A DNA stretch of 64,000 nt from Auanema rhodensis. Taxonomy: Eukaryota; Animalia; Nematoda. Both the position numbers and the translations under genes were made by a program. The DNA is taken from NCBI GenBank assembly GCA_964057225.1, contig CAXKVF010000099.1, positions 1 to 64,000 of the forward strand, given 5' to 3'. Under the pieces are notes generated by a model. That model did not search any database. It saw only the letters and a list, made by a program, of their open reading frames with translations, and was not told where the DNA came from. Positions 13,301 to 27,983 of the stretch are shown piece after piece. How positions within the stretch are numbered: position 1 is the stretch's first letter; every line of letters begins with the position of its first letter.

Positions 13301-16300
13301 TTAAAGTTCACGTAAATTTCAAAGTCATGGTTACCATGAACCAATATCAATAAAAATTTGTTTTTAGACTAATATGGACATGGGGAATCTAATTTCAAAA
13401 ACCGCATCTCTTTATCTTTCACGTGAAGCGAGTTACATACCAAGTGCACATCACGTGTACATTTAATTAGCATAAATTAAAGTTCACGTAAATTTCAAAG
13501 TCATGGTTACCATGCACCAATATCAATAAAAATTTGTTTTTAGACTAATATGGACATGGAGAATCTAATTTTGAAAACCGCATCTCTTTATCTTTCACGT
13601 GAAGCGAGTTACATACCAAGTGCACATCACGTGTACATTTAATTAGCATAAATTAAAGTTTACGTAAATTTCAAAGTCATGGTTACCATGAAGCAATATC
13701 AATAAAAATTTGTTTTTAGACTAATATGGACATGTGGAATCTAATTTTGAAAACCGCATCTCTTTATCTTTCACGTGAAGCGAGTTACATACCAAGTGCA
13801 CATCACGTGTACATTTAATTAGCATAAATTAAAGTTCACGTAAATTTCAAAGTCATGGTTACCATGAACCAATATCAATAAAAATTTGTTTTTAGACTAA
13901 TATGGACATGGGGAATCTAATTTTGAAAACCGCATCTCTTTATCTTTCACGTGAAGCGAGTTACATACCAAGTGCACATCACGTGTACATTTAATTAGCA
14001 TAAATTAAAGTTCACGTAAATTTCAAAGTCATGGTTACCATGAAGCAATATCAATAAAAATTTGTTTTTAGACTAATATGGACATGGGGAATCTAATTTT
14101 GAAAACCGCATCTCTTTATCTTTCACGTGAAGCGAGTTACATACCAAGTGCACATCACGTGTACATTTAATTAGCATAAATTAAAGTTCACGTAAATTTC
14201 AAAGTCATGGTTACCATGAACCAATATCAATAAAAATTTGTTTTTAGACTAATATGGACATGGGGAATCTAATTTTGAAAACCGCATCTCTTTATCTTTC
14301 ACGTGAAGCGAGTTACATACCAAGTGCACATCACGTGTACATTTAATTAGCATAAATTAAAGTTCACGTAAATTTCAAAGTCATGGTTACCATGAACCAA
14401 TATCAATAAAAATTTGTTTTTAGACTAATATGGACATGGGGAATCTAATTTTGAAAACCGCATCTCTTTATCTTTCACGTGAAGCGAGTTACATACCAAG
14501 TGCACATCACGTGTACATTTAATTAGCATAAATTAAAGTTCACGTAAATTTCAAAGTCATGGTTACCATGAACCAATATCAATAAAAATTTGTTTTTAGA
14601 CTAATATGGACATGGGGAATCTAATTTTGAAAACCGCATCTCTTTATCTTTCACGTGAAGCGAGTTACATACCAAGTGCACATCACGTGTACATTTAATT
14701 AGCATAAATTAAAGTTCACGTAAATTTCAAAGTCATGGTTACCATGAACCAATATCAATAAAAATTTGTTTTTAGACTAATATAGACATGGGGAATCTAA
14801 TTTTGAAAACCGCATCTCTTTATCTTTCACGTGAAGCGAGTTACATACCAAGTGCACATCACGTGTACATTTAATTAGCATAAATTAAAGTTCACGTAAA
14901 TTTCAAAGTCATGGTTACCATGAACCAATATCAATAAAAATTTGTTTTTAGACTAATATGGACATGGGGAATCTAATTTTGAAAACCGCATCTCTTTATC
15001 TTTCACGTGAAGCGAGTTACATACCAAGTGCACATCACGTGTACATTTAATTAGCATAAATTAAAGTTCACGTAAATTTCAAAGTCATGGTTACCATGAA
15101 CCAATATCAATAAAAATTTGTTTTTAGACTAATATGGACATGGGGAATCTAATTTCAAAAACCGCATCTCTTTATCTTTCACGTGAAGCGAGTTACATAC
15201 CAAGTGCACATCACGTGTACATTTAATTAGCATAAATTAAAGTTCACGTAAATTTCAAAGTCATGGTTACCATGCACCAATATCAATAAAAATTTGTTTT
15301 TAGACTAATATGGACATGGGGAATCTAATTTTGAAAACCTCATCTCTTTATCTTTCACGTGAAGCGAGTTACATACCAAGTGCACATCACGTGTACATTT
15401 AATTAGCATAAATTAAAGTTCACGTAAATTTCAAAGTCATGGTTACCATGAACCAATATCAATAAAAATTTGTTTTTAGACTAATATAGACATGGGGAAT
15501 CTAATTTTGAAAACCGCATCTCTTTATCTTTCACGTGAAGCGAGTTACATACCAAGTGCACATCACGTGTACATTTAATTAGCATAAATTAAAGTTCACG
15601 TAAATTTCAAAGTCATGGTTACCATGAACCAATATCAATAAAAATTTGTTTTTAGACTAATATGGACATGGAGAATCTAATTTTGAAAACCGCATCTCTT
15701 TATCTTTCACGTGAAGCGAGTTACATACCAAGTGCACATCACGTGTACATTTAATTAGCATAAATTAAAGTTCACGTAAAATTCAAAGTCATGGTTACCA
15801 TGAACCAATATCAATAAAAATTTGTTTTTAGACTAATATGGACATGGAGAATCTAATTTTGAAAACCGCATCTCTTTATCTTTCACGTGAAGCGAGTTAC
15901 ATACCAAGTGCACATCACGTGTACATTTAATTAGCATAAATTAAAGTTCACGTAAATTTCAAAGTCATGGTTACCATGAACCAATATCAATAAAAATTTG
16001 TTTTTAGACTAATATGGACATGGGGAATCTAATTTTGAAAACCGCATCTCTTTATCTTTCACGTGAAGCGAGTTACATACCAAGTGCACATCACGTGTAC
16101 ATTTAATTAGCATAAATTAAAGTTCACGTAAATTTCAAAGTCATGGTTACCATGAAGCAATATCAATAAAAATTTGTTTTTAGACTAATATGGACATGTG
16201 GAATCTAATTTTGAAAACCGCATCTCTTTATTTTTCACGTGAAGCGAGTTACATACCAAGTGCACATCACGTGTACATTTAATTAGCATAAATTAAAGTT

Positions 16301-16367
16301 CACGTAAATTTCAAAGTCATGGTTACCATGAACCAATATCAAAAAAAATTTGTTTTTAGACTAATAT

Positions 16368-18831
16368 GGACATGGGGAATCTAATTTTGAAAACCGCATC
16401 TCTTTATCTTTCACGTGAAGCGAGTTACATACCAAGTGCACATCACGTGTACATTTAATTAGCATAAATTAAAGTTCACGTAAATTTCAAAGTCATGGTT
16501 ACCATGAAGCAATATCAATAAAAATTTGTTTTTAGACTAATATGGACATGGGGAATCTAATTTTGAAAACCGCATCTCTTTATCTTTCACGTGAAGCGAG
16601 TTATATACCAAGTGCACATCACGTGTACATTTAATTAGCATAAATTAAAGTTCACGTAAATTTCAAAGTCATGGTTACCATGAACCAATATCAATAAAAA
16701 TTTGTTTTTAGACTAATATGGACATGGGGAATCTAATTTTGAAAACCGCATCTCTTTATCTTTCACGTGAAGCGAGTTACATACCAAGTGCACATCACGT
16801 GTACATTTAATTAGCATAAATTAAAGTTCACGTAAATTTCAAAGTCATGGTTACCATGAACCAATATCAATAAAAATTTGTTTTTAGACTAATATGGACA
16901 TGGGGAATCTAATTTCAAAAACCGCATCTCTTTATCTCTCACGTGAAGCGAGTTACATACCAAGTGCACATCACGTGTACATTTAATTAGCATAAATTAA
17001 AGTTCACGTAAATTTCAAAGTCATGGTTACCATGCACCAATATCAATAAAAATTTGTTTTTAGACTAAGATGGACATGGGGAATCTAATTTTGAGAACCG
17101 CATCTCTTTATCTTTCACGTGAAGCGAGTTACATACCGAGTGCACATCACGTGTACATTTAATTAGCATAAATTAAAGTTCACGTAAATTTCAAAGTCAT
17201 GGTTACCATGCACCAATATCAATAAAAATTTGTTTTTAGACTAATATGGACATGGAGAATCTAATTTTGAAAACCGCATCTCTTTATCTTTCACGTGAAG
17301 CGAGTTACATACCAAGTGCACATCACGTGTACATTTAATTAGCATAAATTAAAGTTCACGTAAATTTCAAAGTCATGGTTACCATGAACCAATATCAATA
17401 AAAATTTGTTTTTAGACTAATATGGACATGGGGAATCTAATTTTGGAAACCGCATCTCTTTATCTTTCACGTGAAGCGAGTTACATACCAAGTGCACATC
17501 ACGTGTACATTTAATTAGCATAAATTAAAGTTCACGTAAATTTCAAAGTCATGGTTACCATGAACCAATATCAATAAAAATTTGTTTTTAGACTAATATG
17601 GACATGGGGAATCTAATTTTGAAAACCGCATCTCTTTATCTTTCACGTGAAGCGAGTTACATACCAAGTGCACATCACGTGTACATTTAATTAGCATAAA
17701 TTAAAGTTCACGTAAATTTCAAAGTCATGGTTACCATGAAGCAATATCAATAAAAATTTGTTTTTAGACTAATATGGACATGGGGAATCTAATTTTGAAA
17801 ACCGCATCTCTTTATCTTTCACGTGAAGCGAGTTATATACCAAGTGCACATCACGTGTACATTTAATTAGCATAAATTAAAGTTCACGTAAATTTCAAAG
17901 TCATGGTTACCATGAACCAATATCAATAAAAATTTGTTTTTAGACTAATATGGACATGGGGAATCTAATTTTGAAAACCGCATCTCTTTATCTTTCACGT
18001 GAAGCGAGTTACATACCAAGTGCACATCACGTGTACATTTAATTAGCATAAATTAAAGTTCACGTAAATTTCAAAGTCATGGTTACCATGAACCAATATC
18101 AATAAAAATTTGTTTTTAGACTAATATGGACATGGGGAATCTAATTTCAAAAACCGCATCTCTTTATCTCTCACGTGAAGCGAGTTACATACCAAGTGCA
18201 CATCACGTGTACATTTAATTAGCATAAATTAAAGTTCACGTAAATTTCAAAGTCATGGTTACCATGCACCAATATCAATAAAAATTTGTTTTTAGACTAA
18301 GATGGACATGGGGAATCTAATTTTGAGAACCGCATCTCTTTATCTTTCACGTGAAGCGAGTTACATACCGAGTGCACATCACGTGTACATTTAATTAGCA
18401 TAAATTAAAGTTCACGTAAATTTCAAAGTCATGGTTACCATGCACCAATATCAATAAAAATTTGTTTTTAGACTAATATGGACATGGAGAATCTAATTTT
18501 GAAAACCGCATCTCTTTATCTTTCACGTGAAGCGAGTTACATACCAAGTGCACATCACGTGTACATTTAATTAGCATAAATTAAAGTTCACGTAAATTTC
18601 AAAGTCATGGTTACCATGAACCAATATCAATAAAAATTTGTTTTTAGACTAATATGGACATGGGGAATCTAATTTTGGAAACCGCATCTCTTTATCTTTC
18701 ACGTGAAGCGAGTTACATACCAAGTGCACATCACGTGTACATTTAATTAGCATAAATTAAAGTTCACGTAAATTTCAAAGTCATGGTTACCATGAACCAA
18801 TATCAATAAAAATTTGTTTTTAGACTAATAT
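16368..18831 (+). repeat. Tandem duplication of a 7-monomer (1232-bp) higher-order unit
   Basis: Marker order C142G | C61T | consensus | TG21CA+T43C+A140C+T174G | A24G+A67G+A140C | G9A | A23G occurs at 16368-17599 and again at 17600-18831. Confidence 0.9.
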
Positions 18832-19711
18832 GGACATGGGGAATCTAATTTTGAAAACCGCATCTCTTTATCTTTCACGTGAAGCGAGTTACATACCAAG
18901 TGCACATCACGTGTACATTTAATTAGCATAAATTAAAGTTCACGTAAATTTCAAAGTCATGGTTACCATGCACCAATATCAATAAAAATTTGTTTTTTGA
19001 CTAATATGGACATGGGGAATCTAATTTTGAAAACCGCATCTCTTTATCTTTCACGTGAAGCGAGTTACATACCAAGTGCACATCACGTGTACATTTAATT
19101 AGCATAAATTAAAGTTCACGTAAATTTCAAAGTCATGGTTACCATGAAGCAATATCAATAAAAATTTGTTTTTAGACTAATATGGACATGGGGAATCTAA
19201 TTTTGAAAACCGCATCTCTTTATCTTTCACGTGAAGCGAGTTACATACCAAGTGCACATCACGTGTACATTTAATTAGCATAAATTAAAGTTCACGTAAA
19301 TTTCAAAGTCATGGTTACCATGAACCAATATCAATAAAAATTTGTTTTTAGACTAATATGGACATGGGGAATCTAATTTTGAAAACCGCATCTCTTTATC
19401 TTTCACGTGAAGCGAGTTACATACCAAGTGCACATCACGTGTACATTTAATTAGCATAAATTAAAGTTCACGTAAATTTCAAAGTCATGGTTACCATGCA
19501 CCAATATCAATAAAAATTTGTTTTTAGACTAATATGGACATGGGGAATCTAATTTTGAAAACCGCATCTCTTTATCTTTCACGTGAAGCGAGTTACATAC
19601 CAAGTGCACATCACGTGTACATTTAATTAGCATAAATTAAAGTTCACGTAAATTTCAAAGTCATGGTTACCATGAACCAATATCAATAAAAATTTGTTTT
19701 TAGACTAATAT

Positions 19712-21471
19712 GGACATGGGGAATCTAATTTCAAAAACCGCATCTCTTTATCTTTCACGTGAAGCGAGTTACATACCAAGTGCACATCACGTGTACATTT
19801 AATTAGCATAAATTAAAGTTCACGTAAATTTCAAAGTCATGGTTACCATGCACCAATATCAATAAAAATTTGTTTTTAGACTAATATGGACATGGAGAAT
19901 CTAATTTTGAAAACCGCATCTCTTTATCTTTCACGTGAAGCGAGTTACATACCAAGTGCACATCACGTGTACATTTAATTAGCATAAATTAAAGTTCACG
20001 TAAATTTCAAAGTCATGGTTACCATGAAGCAATATCAATAAAAATTTGTTTTTAGACTAATATGGACATGTGGAATCTAATTTTGAAAACCGCATCTCTT
20101 TATCTTTCACGTGAAGCGAGTTACATACCAAGTGCACATCACGTGTACATTTAATTAGCATAAATTAAAGTTCACGTAAATTTCAAAGTCATGGTTACCA
20201 TGAACCAATATCAATAAAAATTTGTTTTTAGACTAATATGGACATGGGGAATCTAATTTTGAAAACCGCATCTCTTTATCTTTCACGTGAAGCGAGTTAC
20301 ATACCAAGTGCACATCACGTGTACATTTAATTAGCATAAATTAAAGTTCACGTAAATTTCAAAGTCATGGTTACCATGAACCAATATCAATAAAAATTTG
20401 TTTTTAGACTAATATGGACATGGGGAATCTAATTTTGAAAACCGCATCTCTTTATCTTTCACGTGAAGCGAGTTACATACCAAGTGCACATCACGTGTAC
20501 ATTTAATTAGCATAAATTAAAGTTCACGTAAAGTTCAAAGTCATGGTTACCATGAACCAATATCAATAAAAATTTGTTTTTAGACTAATATGGACATGGG
20601 GAATCTAATTTCAAAAACCGCATCTCTTTATCTTTCACGTGAAGCGAGTTACATACCAAGTGCACATCACGTGTACATTTAATTAGCATAAATTAAAGTT
20701 CACGTAAATTTCAAAGTCATGGTTACCATGCACCAATATCAATAAAAATTTGTTTTTAGACTAATATGGACATGGAGAATCTAATTTTGAAAACCGCATC
20801 TCTTTATCTTTCACGTGAAGCGAGTTACATACCAAGTGCACATCACGTGTACATTTAATTAGCATAAATTAAAGTTCACGTAAATTTCAAAGTCATGGTT
20901 ACCATGAAGCAATATCAATAAAAATTTGTTTTTAGACTAATATGGACATGTGGAATCTAATTTTGAAAACCGCATCTCTTTATCTTTCACGTGAAGCGAG
21001 TTACATACCAAGTGCACATCACGTGTACATTTAATTAGCATAAATTAAAGTTCACGTAAATTTCAAAGTCATGGTTACCATGAACCAATATCAATAAAAA
21101 TTTGTTTTTAGACTAATATGGACATGGGGAATCTAATTTTGAAAACCGCATCTCTTTATCTTTCACGTGAAGCGAGTTACATACCAAGTGCACATCACGT
21201 GTACATTTAATTAGCATAAATTAAAGTTCACGTAAATTTCAAAGTCATGGTTACCATGAAGCAATATCAATAAAAATTTGTTTTTAGACTAATATGGACA
21301 TGGGGAATCTAATTTTGAAAACCGCATCTCTTTATCTTTCACGTGAAGCGAGTTACATACCAAGTGCACATCACGTGTACATTTAATTAGCATAAATTAA
21401 AGTTCACGTAAATTTCAAAGTCATGGTTACCATGAACCAATATCAATAAAAATTTGTTTTTAGACTAATAT
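19712..21471 (+). repeat. Approximate 5-monomer (880-bp) tandem pair, copy 1
   Basis: TG21CA+A140C | G9A+C142G | G8T starts at 19712 and at 20592. Confidence 0.85.
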
Positions 21472-24400
21472 GGACATGGGGAATCTAATTTTGAAAACCG
21501 CATCTCTTTATCTTTCACGTGAAGCGAGTTACATACCAAGTGCACATCACGTGTACATTTAATTAGCATAAATTAAAGTTCACGTAAATTTCAAAGTCAT
21601 GGTTACCATGAACCAATATCAATAAAAATTTGTTTTTAGACTAATATGGACATGGGGAATCTAATTTCAAAAACCGCATCTCTTTATCTTTCACGTGAAG
21701 CGAGTTACATACCAAGTGCACATCACGTGTACATTTAATAAGCATAAATTAAAGTTCACGTAAATTTCAAAGTCATGGTTACCATGCACCAATATCAATA
21801 AAAATTTGTTTTTAGACTAATATGGACATGGAGAATCTAATTTTGAAAACCGCATCTCTTTATCTTTCACGTGAAGCGAGTTACATACCAAGTGCACATC
21901 ACGTGTACATTTAATTAGCATAAATTAAAGTTCACGTAAATTTCAAAGTCATGGTTACCATGAAGCAATATCAATAAAAATTTGTTTTCAGACTAATATG
22001 GACATGGGGAATCTAATTTTGAAAACCGCATCTCTTTATCTTTCACGTGAAGCGAGTTACATACCAAGTGCACATCACGTGTACATTTAATTAGCATAAA
22101 TTAAAGTTCACGTAAATTTCAAAGTCATGGTTACCATGAACCAATATCAATAAAAATTTGTTTTTAGACTAATATGGACATGGGGAATCTAATTTTGAAA
22201 ACCGCATCTCTTTATCTTTCACGTGAAGCGAGTTACATACCAAGTGCACATCACGTGTACATTTAATTAGCATAAATTAAAGTTCACGTAAATTTCAAAG
22301 TCATGGTTACCATGAACCAATATCAATAAAAATTTGTTTTTAGACTAATATAGACATGGGGAATCTAATTTTGAAAACCGCATCTCTTTATCTTTCACGT
22401 GAAGCGAGTTACATACCAAGTGCACATCACGTGTACATTTAATTAGCATAAATTAAAGTTCACGTAAATTTCAAAGTCATGGTTACCATGAACCAATATC
22501 AATAAAAATTTGTTTTTAGACTAATATGGACATGGAGAATCTAATTTTGAAAACCGCATCTCTTTATCTTTCACGTGAAGCGAGTTACATACCAAGTGCA
22601 CATCACGTGTACATTTAATTAGCATAAATTAAAGTTCACGTAAAATTCAAAGTCATGGTTACCATGAACCAATATCAATAAAAATTTGTTTTTAGACTAA
22701 TATGGACATGGAGAATCTAATTTTGAAAACCGCATCTCTTTATCTTTCACGTGAAGCGAGTTATATACCAAGTGCACATCACGTGTACATTTAATTAGCA
22801 TAAATTAAAGTTCACGTAAATTTCAAAGTCATGGTTACCATGAACCAATATCAATAAAAATTTGTTTTTAGACTAATATGGACATGGGGAATCTAATTTT
22901 GAAAACCGCATCTCTTTATCTTTCACGTGAAGCGAGTTACATACCAAGTGCACATCACGTGTACATTTAATTAGCATAAATTAAAGTTCACGTAAATTTC
23001 AAAGTCATGGTTACCATGAACCAATATCAATAAAAATTTGTTTTTAGACTAATATGGACATGGGGAATCTAATTTCAAAAACCGCATCTCTTTATCTCTC
23101 ACGTGAAGCGAGTTACATACCAAGTGCACATCACGTGTACATTTAATTAGCATAAATTAAAGTTCACGTAAATTTCAAAGTCATGGTTACCATGCACCAA
23201 TATCAATAAAAATTTGTTTTTAGACTAAGATGGACATGGGGAATCTAATTTTGAGAACCGCATCTCTTTATCTTTCACGTGAAGCGAGTTACATACCGAG
23301 TGCACATCACGTGTACATTTAATTAGCATAAATTAAAGTTCACGTAAATTTCAAAGTCATGGTTACCATGAAGCAATATCAATAAAAATTTGTTTTTAGA
23401 CTAATATGGACATGTGGAATCTAATTTTGAAAACCGCATCTCTTTATCTTTCACGTGAAGCGAGTTACATACCAAGTGCACATCACGTGTACATTTAATT
23501 AGCATAAATTAAAGTTCACGTAAATTTCAAAGTCATGGTTACCATGAACCAATATCAAAAAAAATTTGTTTTTAGACTAATATGGACATGGGGAATCTAA
23601 TTTTGAAAACCGCATCTCTTTATCTTTCACGTGAAGCGAGTTACATACCAAGTGCACATCACGTGTACATTTAATTAGCATAAATTAAAGTTCACGTAAA
23701 TTTCAAAGTCATGGTTACCATGAAGCAATATCAATAAAAATTTGTTTTTAGACTAATATGGACATGGGGAATCTAATTTTGAAAACCGCATCTCTTTATC
23801 TTTCACGTGAAGCGAGTTATATACCAAGTGCACATCACGTGTACATTTAATTAGCATAAATTAAAGTTCACGTAAATTTCAAAGTCATGGTTACCATGAA
23901 CCAATATCAATAAAAATTTGTTTTTAGACTAATATGGACATGGGGAATCTAATTTTGAAAACCGCATCTCTTTATCTTTCACGTGAAGCGAGTTACATAC
24001 CAAGTGCACATCACGTGTACATTTAATTAGCATAAATTAAAGTTCACGTAAATTTCAAAGTCATGGTTACCATGAACCAATATCAATAAAAATTTGTTTT
24101 TAGACTAATATGGACATGGGGAATCTAATTTCAAAAACCGCATCTCTTTATCTCTCACGTGAAGCGAGTTACATACCAAGTGCACATCACGTGTACATTT
24201 AATTAGCATAAATTAAAGTTCACGTAAATTTCAAAGTCATGGTTACCATGCACCAATATCAATAAAAATTTGTTTTTAGACTAAGATGGACATGGGGAAT
24301 CTAATTTTGAGAACGGCATCTCTTTATCTTTCACGTGAAGCGAGTTACATACCGAGTGCACATCACGTGTACATTTAATTAGCATAAATTAAAGTTCACG

Positions 24401-26223
24401 TAAATTTCAAAGTCATGGTTACCATGAACCAATATCAATAAAAATTTGTTTTTAGACTAATATGGACATGAGGAATCTAATTTTGAAAACCGCATTTCTT
24501 TATCTTTCACGTGAAGCGAGTTACATACCAAGTGCACATCACGTGTACATTTAATTAGCATAAATTAAAGTTCACGTAAATTTCAAAGTCATGGTTACCA
24601 TGCACCAATATCAATAAAAATTTGTTTTTAGACTAATATGGACATGGAGAATCTAATTTTGAAAACCGCATCTCTTTATCTTTCACGTGAAGCGAGTTAC
24701 ATACCAAGTGCACATCACGTGTACATTTAATTAGCATAAATTAAAGTTCACGTAAATTTCAAAGTCATGGTTACCATGAACCAATATCAATAAAAATTTG
24801 TTTTTAGACTAATATGGACATGGGGAATCTAATTTTGGAAACCGCATCTCTTTATCTTTCACGTGAAGCGAGTTACATACCAAGTGCACATCACGTGTAC
24901 ATTTAATTAGCATAAATTAAAGTTCACGTAAATTTCAAAGTCATGGTTACCATGAACCAATATCAATAAAAATTTGTTTTTAGACTAATATGGACATGGG
25001 GAATCTAATTTTGAAAACCGCATCTCTTTATCTTTCACGTGAAGCGAGTTACATACCAAGTGCACATCACGTGTACATTTAATTAGCATAAATTAAAGTT
25101 CACGTAAATTTCAAAGTCATGGTTACCATGAAGCAATATCAATAAAAATTTGTTTTTAGACTAATATGGACATGTGGAATCTAATTTTGAAAACCGCATC
25201 TCTTTATCTTTCACGTGAAGCGAGTTACATACCAAGTGCACATCACGTGTACATTTAATTAGCATAAATTAAAGTTCACGTAAATTTCAAAGTCATGGTT
25301 ACCATGAAGCAATATCAATAAAAATTTGTTTTTAGACTAATATGGACATGGGGAATCTAATTTTGAAAACCGCATCTCTTTATCTTTCACGTGAAGCGAG
25401 TTACATACCAAGTGCACATCACGTGTACATTTAATTAGCATAAATTAAAGTTCACGTAAATTTCAAAGTCATGGTTACCATGAACCAATATCAATAAAAA
25501 TTTGTTTTTAGACTAATATGGACATGGGGAATCTAATTTTGAAAACCGCATCTCTTTATCTTTCACGTGAAGCGAGTTACATACCAAGTGCACATCACGT
25601 GTACATTTAATTAGCATAAATTAAAGTTCACGTAAATTTCAAAGTCATGGTTACCATGCACCAATATCAATAAAAATTTGTTTTTAGACTAATATGGACA
25701 TGGGGAATCTAATTTTGAAAACCGCATCTCTTTATCTTTCACGTGAAGCGAGTTACATACCAAGTGCACATCACGTGTACATTTAATTAGCATAAATTAA
25801 AGTTCACGTAAATTTCAAAGTCATGGTTACCATGAACCAATATCAATAAAAATTTGTTTTTAGACTAATATGGACATGGGGAATCTAATTTTGAAAACCG
25901 CATCTCTTTATCTTTCACGTGAAGCGAGTTACATACCAAGTGCACATCACGTGTACATTTAATTAGCATAAATTAAAGTTCACGTAAATTTCAAAGTCAT
26001 GGTTACCATGAACCAATATCAATAAAAATTTGTTTTTAGACTAATATGGACATGGGGAATCTAATTTTGAAAACCGCATCTCTTTATCTTTCACGTGAAG
26101 CGAGTTACATACCAAGTGCACATCACGTGTACATTTAATTAGCATAAATTAAAGTTCACGTAAATTTCAAAGTCATGGTTACCATGAACCAATATCAATA
26201 AAAATTTGTTTTTAGACTAATAT

Positions 26224-27983
26224 GGACATGGGGAATCTAATTTCAAAAACCGCATCTCTTTATCTTTCACGTGAAGCGAGTTACATACCAAGTGCACATC
26301 ACGTGTACATTTAATTAGCATAAATTAAAGTTCACGTAAATTTCAAAGTCATGGTTACCATGCACCAATATCAATAAAAATTTGTTTTTAGACTAATATG
26401 GACATGGAGAATCTAATTTTGAAAACCGCATCTCTTTATCTTTCACGTGAAGCGAGTTACATACCAAGTGCACATCACGTGTACATTTAATTAGCATAAA
26501 TTAAAGTTCACGTAAATTTCAAAGTCATGGTTACCATGAAGCAATATCAATAAAAATTTGTTTTTAGACTAATATGGACATGTGGAATCTAATTTTGAAA
26601 ACCGCATCTCTTTATCTTTCACGTGAAGCGAGTTACATACCAAGTGCACATCACGTGTACATTTAATTAGCATAAATTAAAGTTCACGTAAATTTCAAAG
26701 TCATGGTTACCATGAACCAATATCAATAAAAATTTGTTTTTAGACTAATATGGACATGGGGAATCTAATTTTGAAAACCGCATCTCTTTATCTTTCACGT
26801 GAAGCGAGTTACATACCAAGTGCACATCACGTGTACATTTAATTAGCATAAATTAAAGTTCACGTAAATTTCAAAGTCATGGTTACCATGAACCAATATC
26901 AATAAAAATTTGTTTTTAGACTAATATGGACATGGGGAATCTAATTTTGAAAACCGCATCTCTTTATCTTTCACGTGAAGCGAGTTACATACCAAGTGCA
27001 CATCACGTGTACATTTAATTAGCATAAATTAAAGTTCACGTAAATTTCAAAGTCATGGTTACCATGAACCAATATCAATAAAAATTTGTTTTTAGACTAA
27101 TATGGACATGGGGAATCTAATTTCAAAAACCGCATCTCTTTATCTTTCACGTGAAGCGAGTTACATACCAAGTGCACATCACGTGTACATTTAATTAGCA
27201 TAAATTAAAGTTCACGTAAATTTCAAAGTCATGGTTACCATGCACCAATATCAATAAAAATTTGTTTTTAGACTAATATGGACATGGAGAATCTAATTTT
27301 GAAAACCGCATCTCTTTATCTTTCACGTGAAGCGAGTTACATACCAAGTGCACATCACGTGTACATTTAATTAGCATAAATTAAAGTTCACGTAAATTTC
27401 AAAGTCATGGTTACCATGAAGCAATATCAATAAAAATTTGTTTTTAGACTAATATGGACATGTGGAATCTAATTTTGAAAACCGCATCTCTTTATCTTTC
27501 ACGTGAAGCGAGTTACATACCAAGTGCACATCACGTGTACATTTAATTAGCATAAATTAAAGTTCACGTAAATTTCAAAGTCATGGTTACCATGAACCAA
27601 TATCAATAAAAATTTGTTTTTAGACTAATATGGACATGGGGAATCTAATTTTGAAAACCGCATCTCTTTATCTTTCACGTGAAGCGAGTTACATACCAAG
27701 TGCACATCACGTGTACATTTAATTAGCATAAATTAAAGTTCACGTAAATTTCAAAGTCATGGTTACCATGAAGCAATATCAATAAAAATTTGTTTTTAGA
27801 CTAATATGGACATGGGGAATCTAATTTTGAAAACCGCATCTCTTTATCTTTCACGTGAAGCGAGTTACATACCAAGTGCACATCACGTGTACATTTAATT
27901 AGCATAAATTAAAGTTCACGTAAATTTCAAAGTCATGGTTACCATGAACCAATATCAATAAAAATTTGTTTTTAGACTAATAT
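26224..27983 (+). repeat. Approximate 5-monomer tandem pair, copy 2 (37 monomers downstream of copy 1)
   Basis: The same marker trio starts at 26224 and 27104, and is followed by C142G as in copy 1. Confidence 0.85.
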
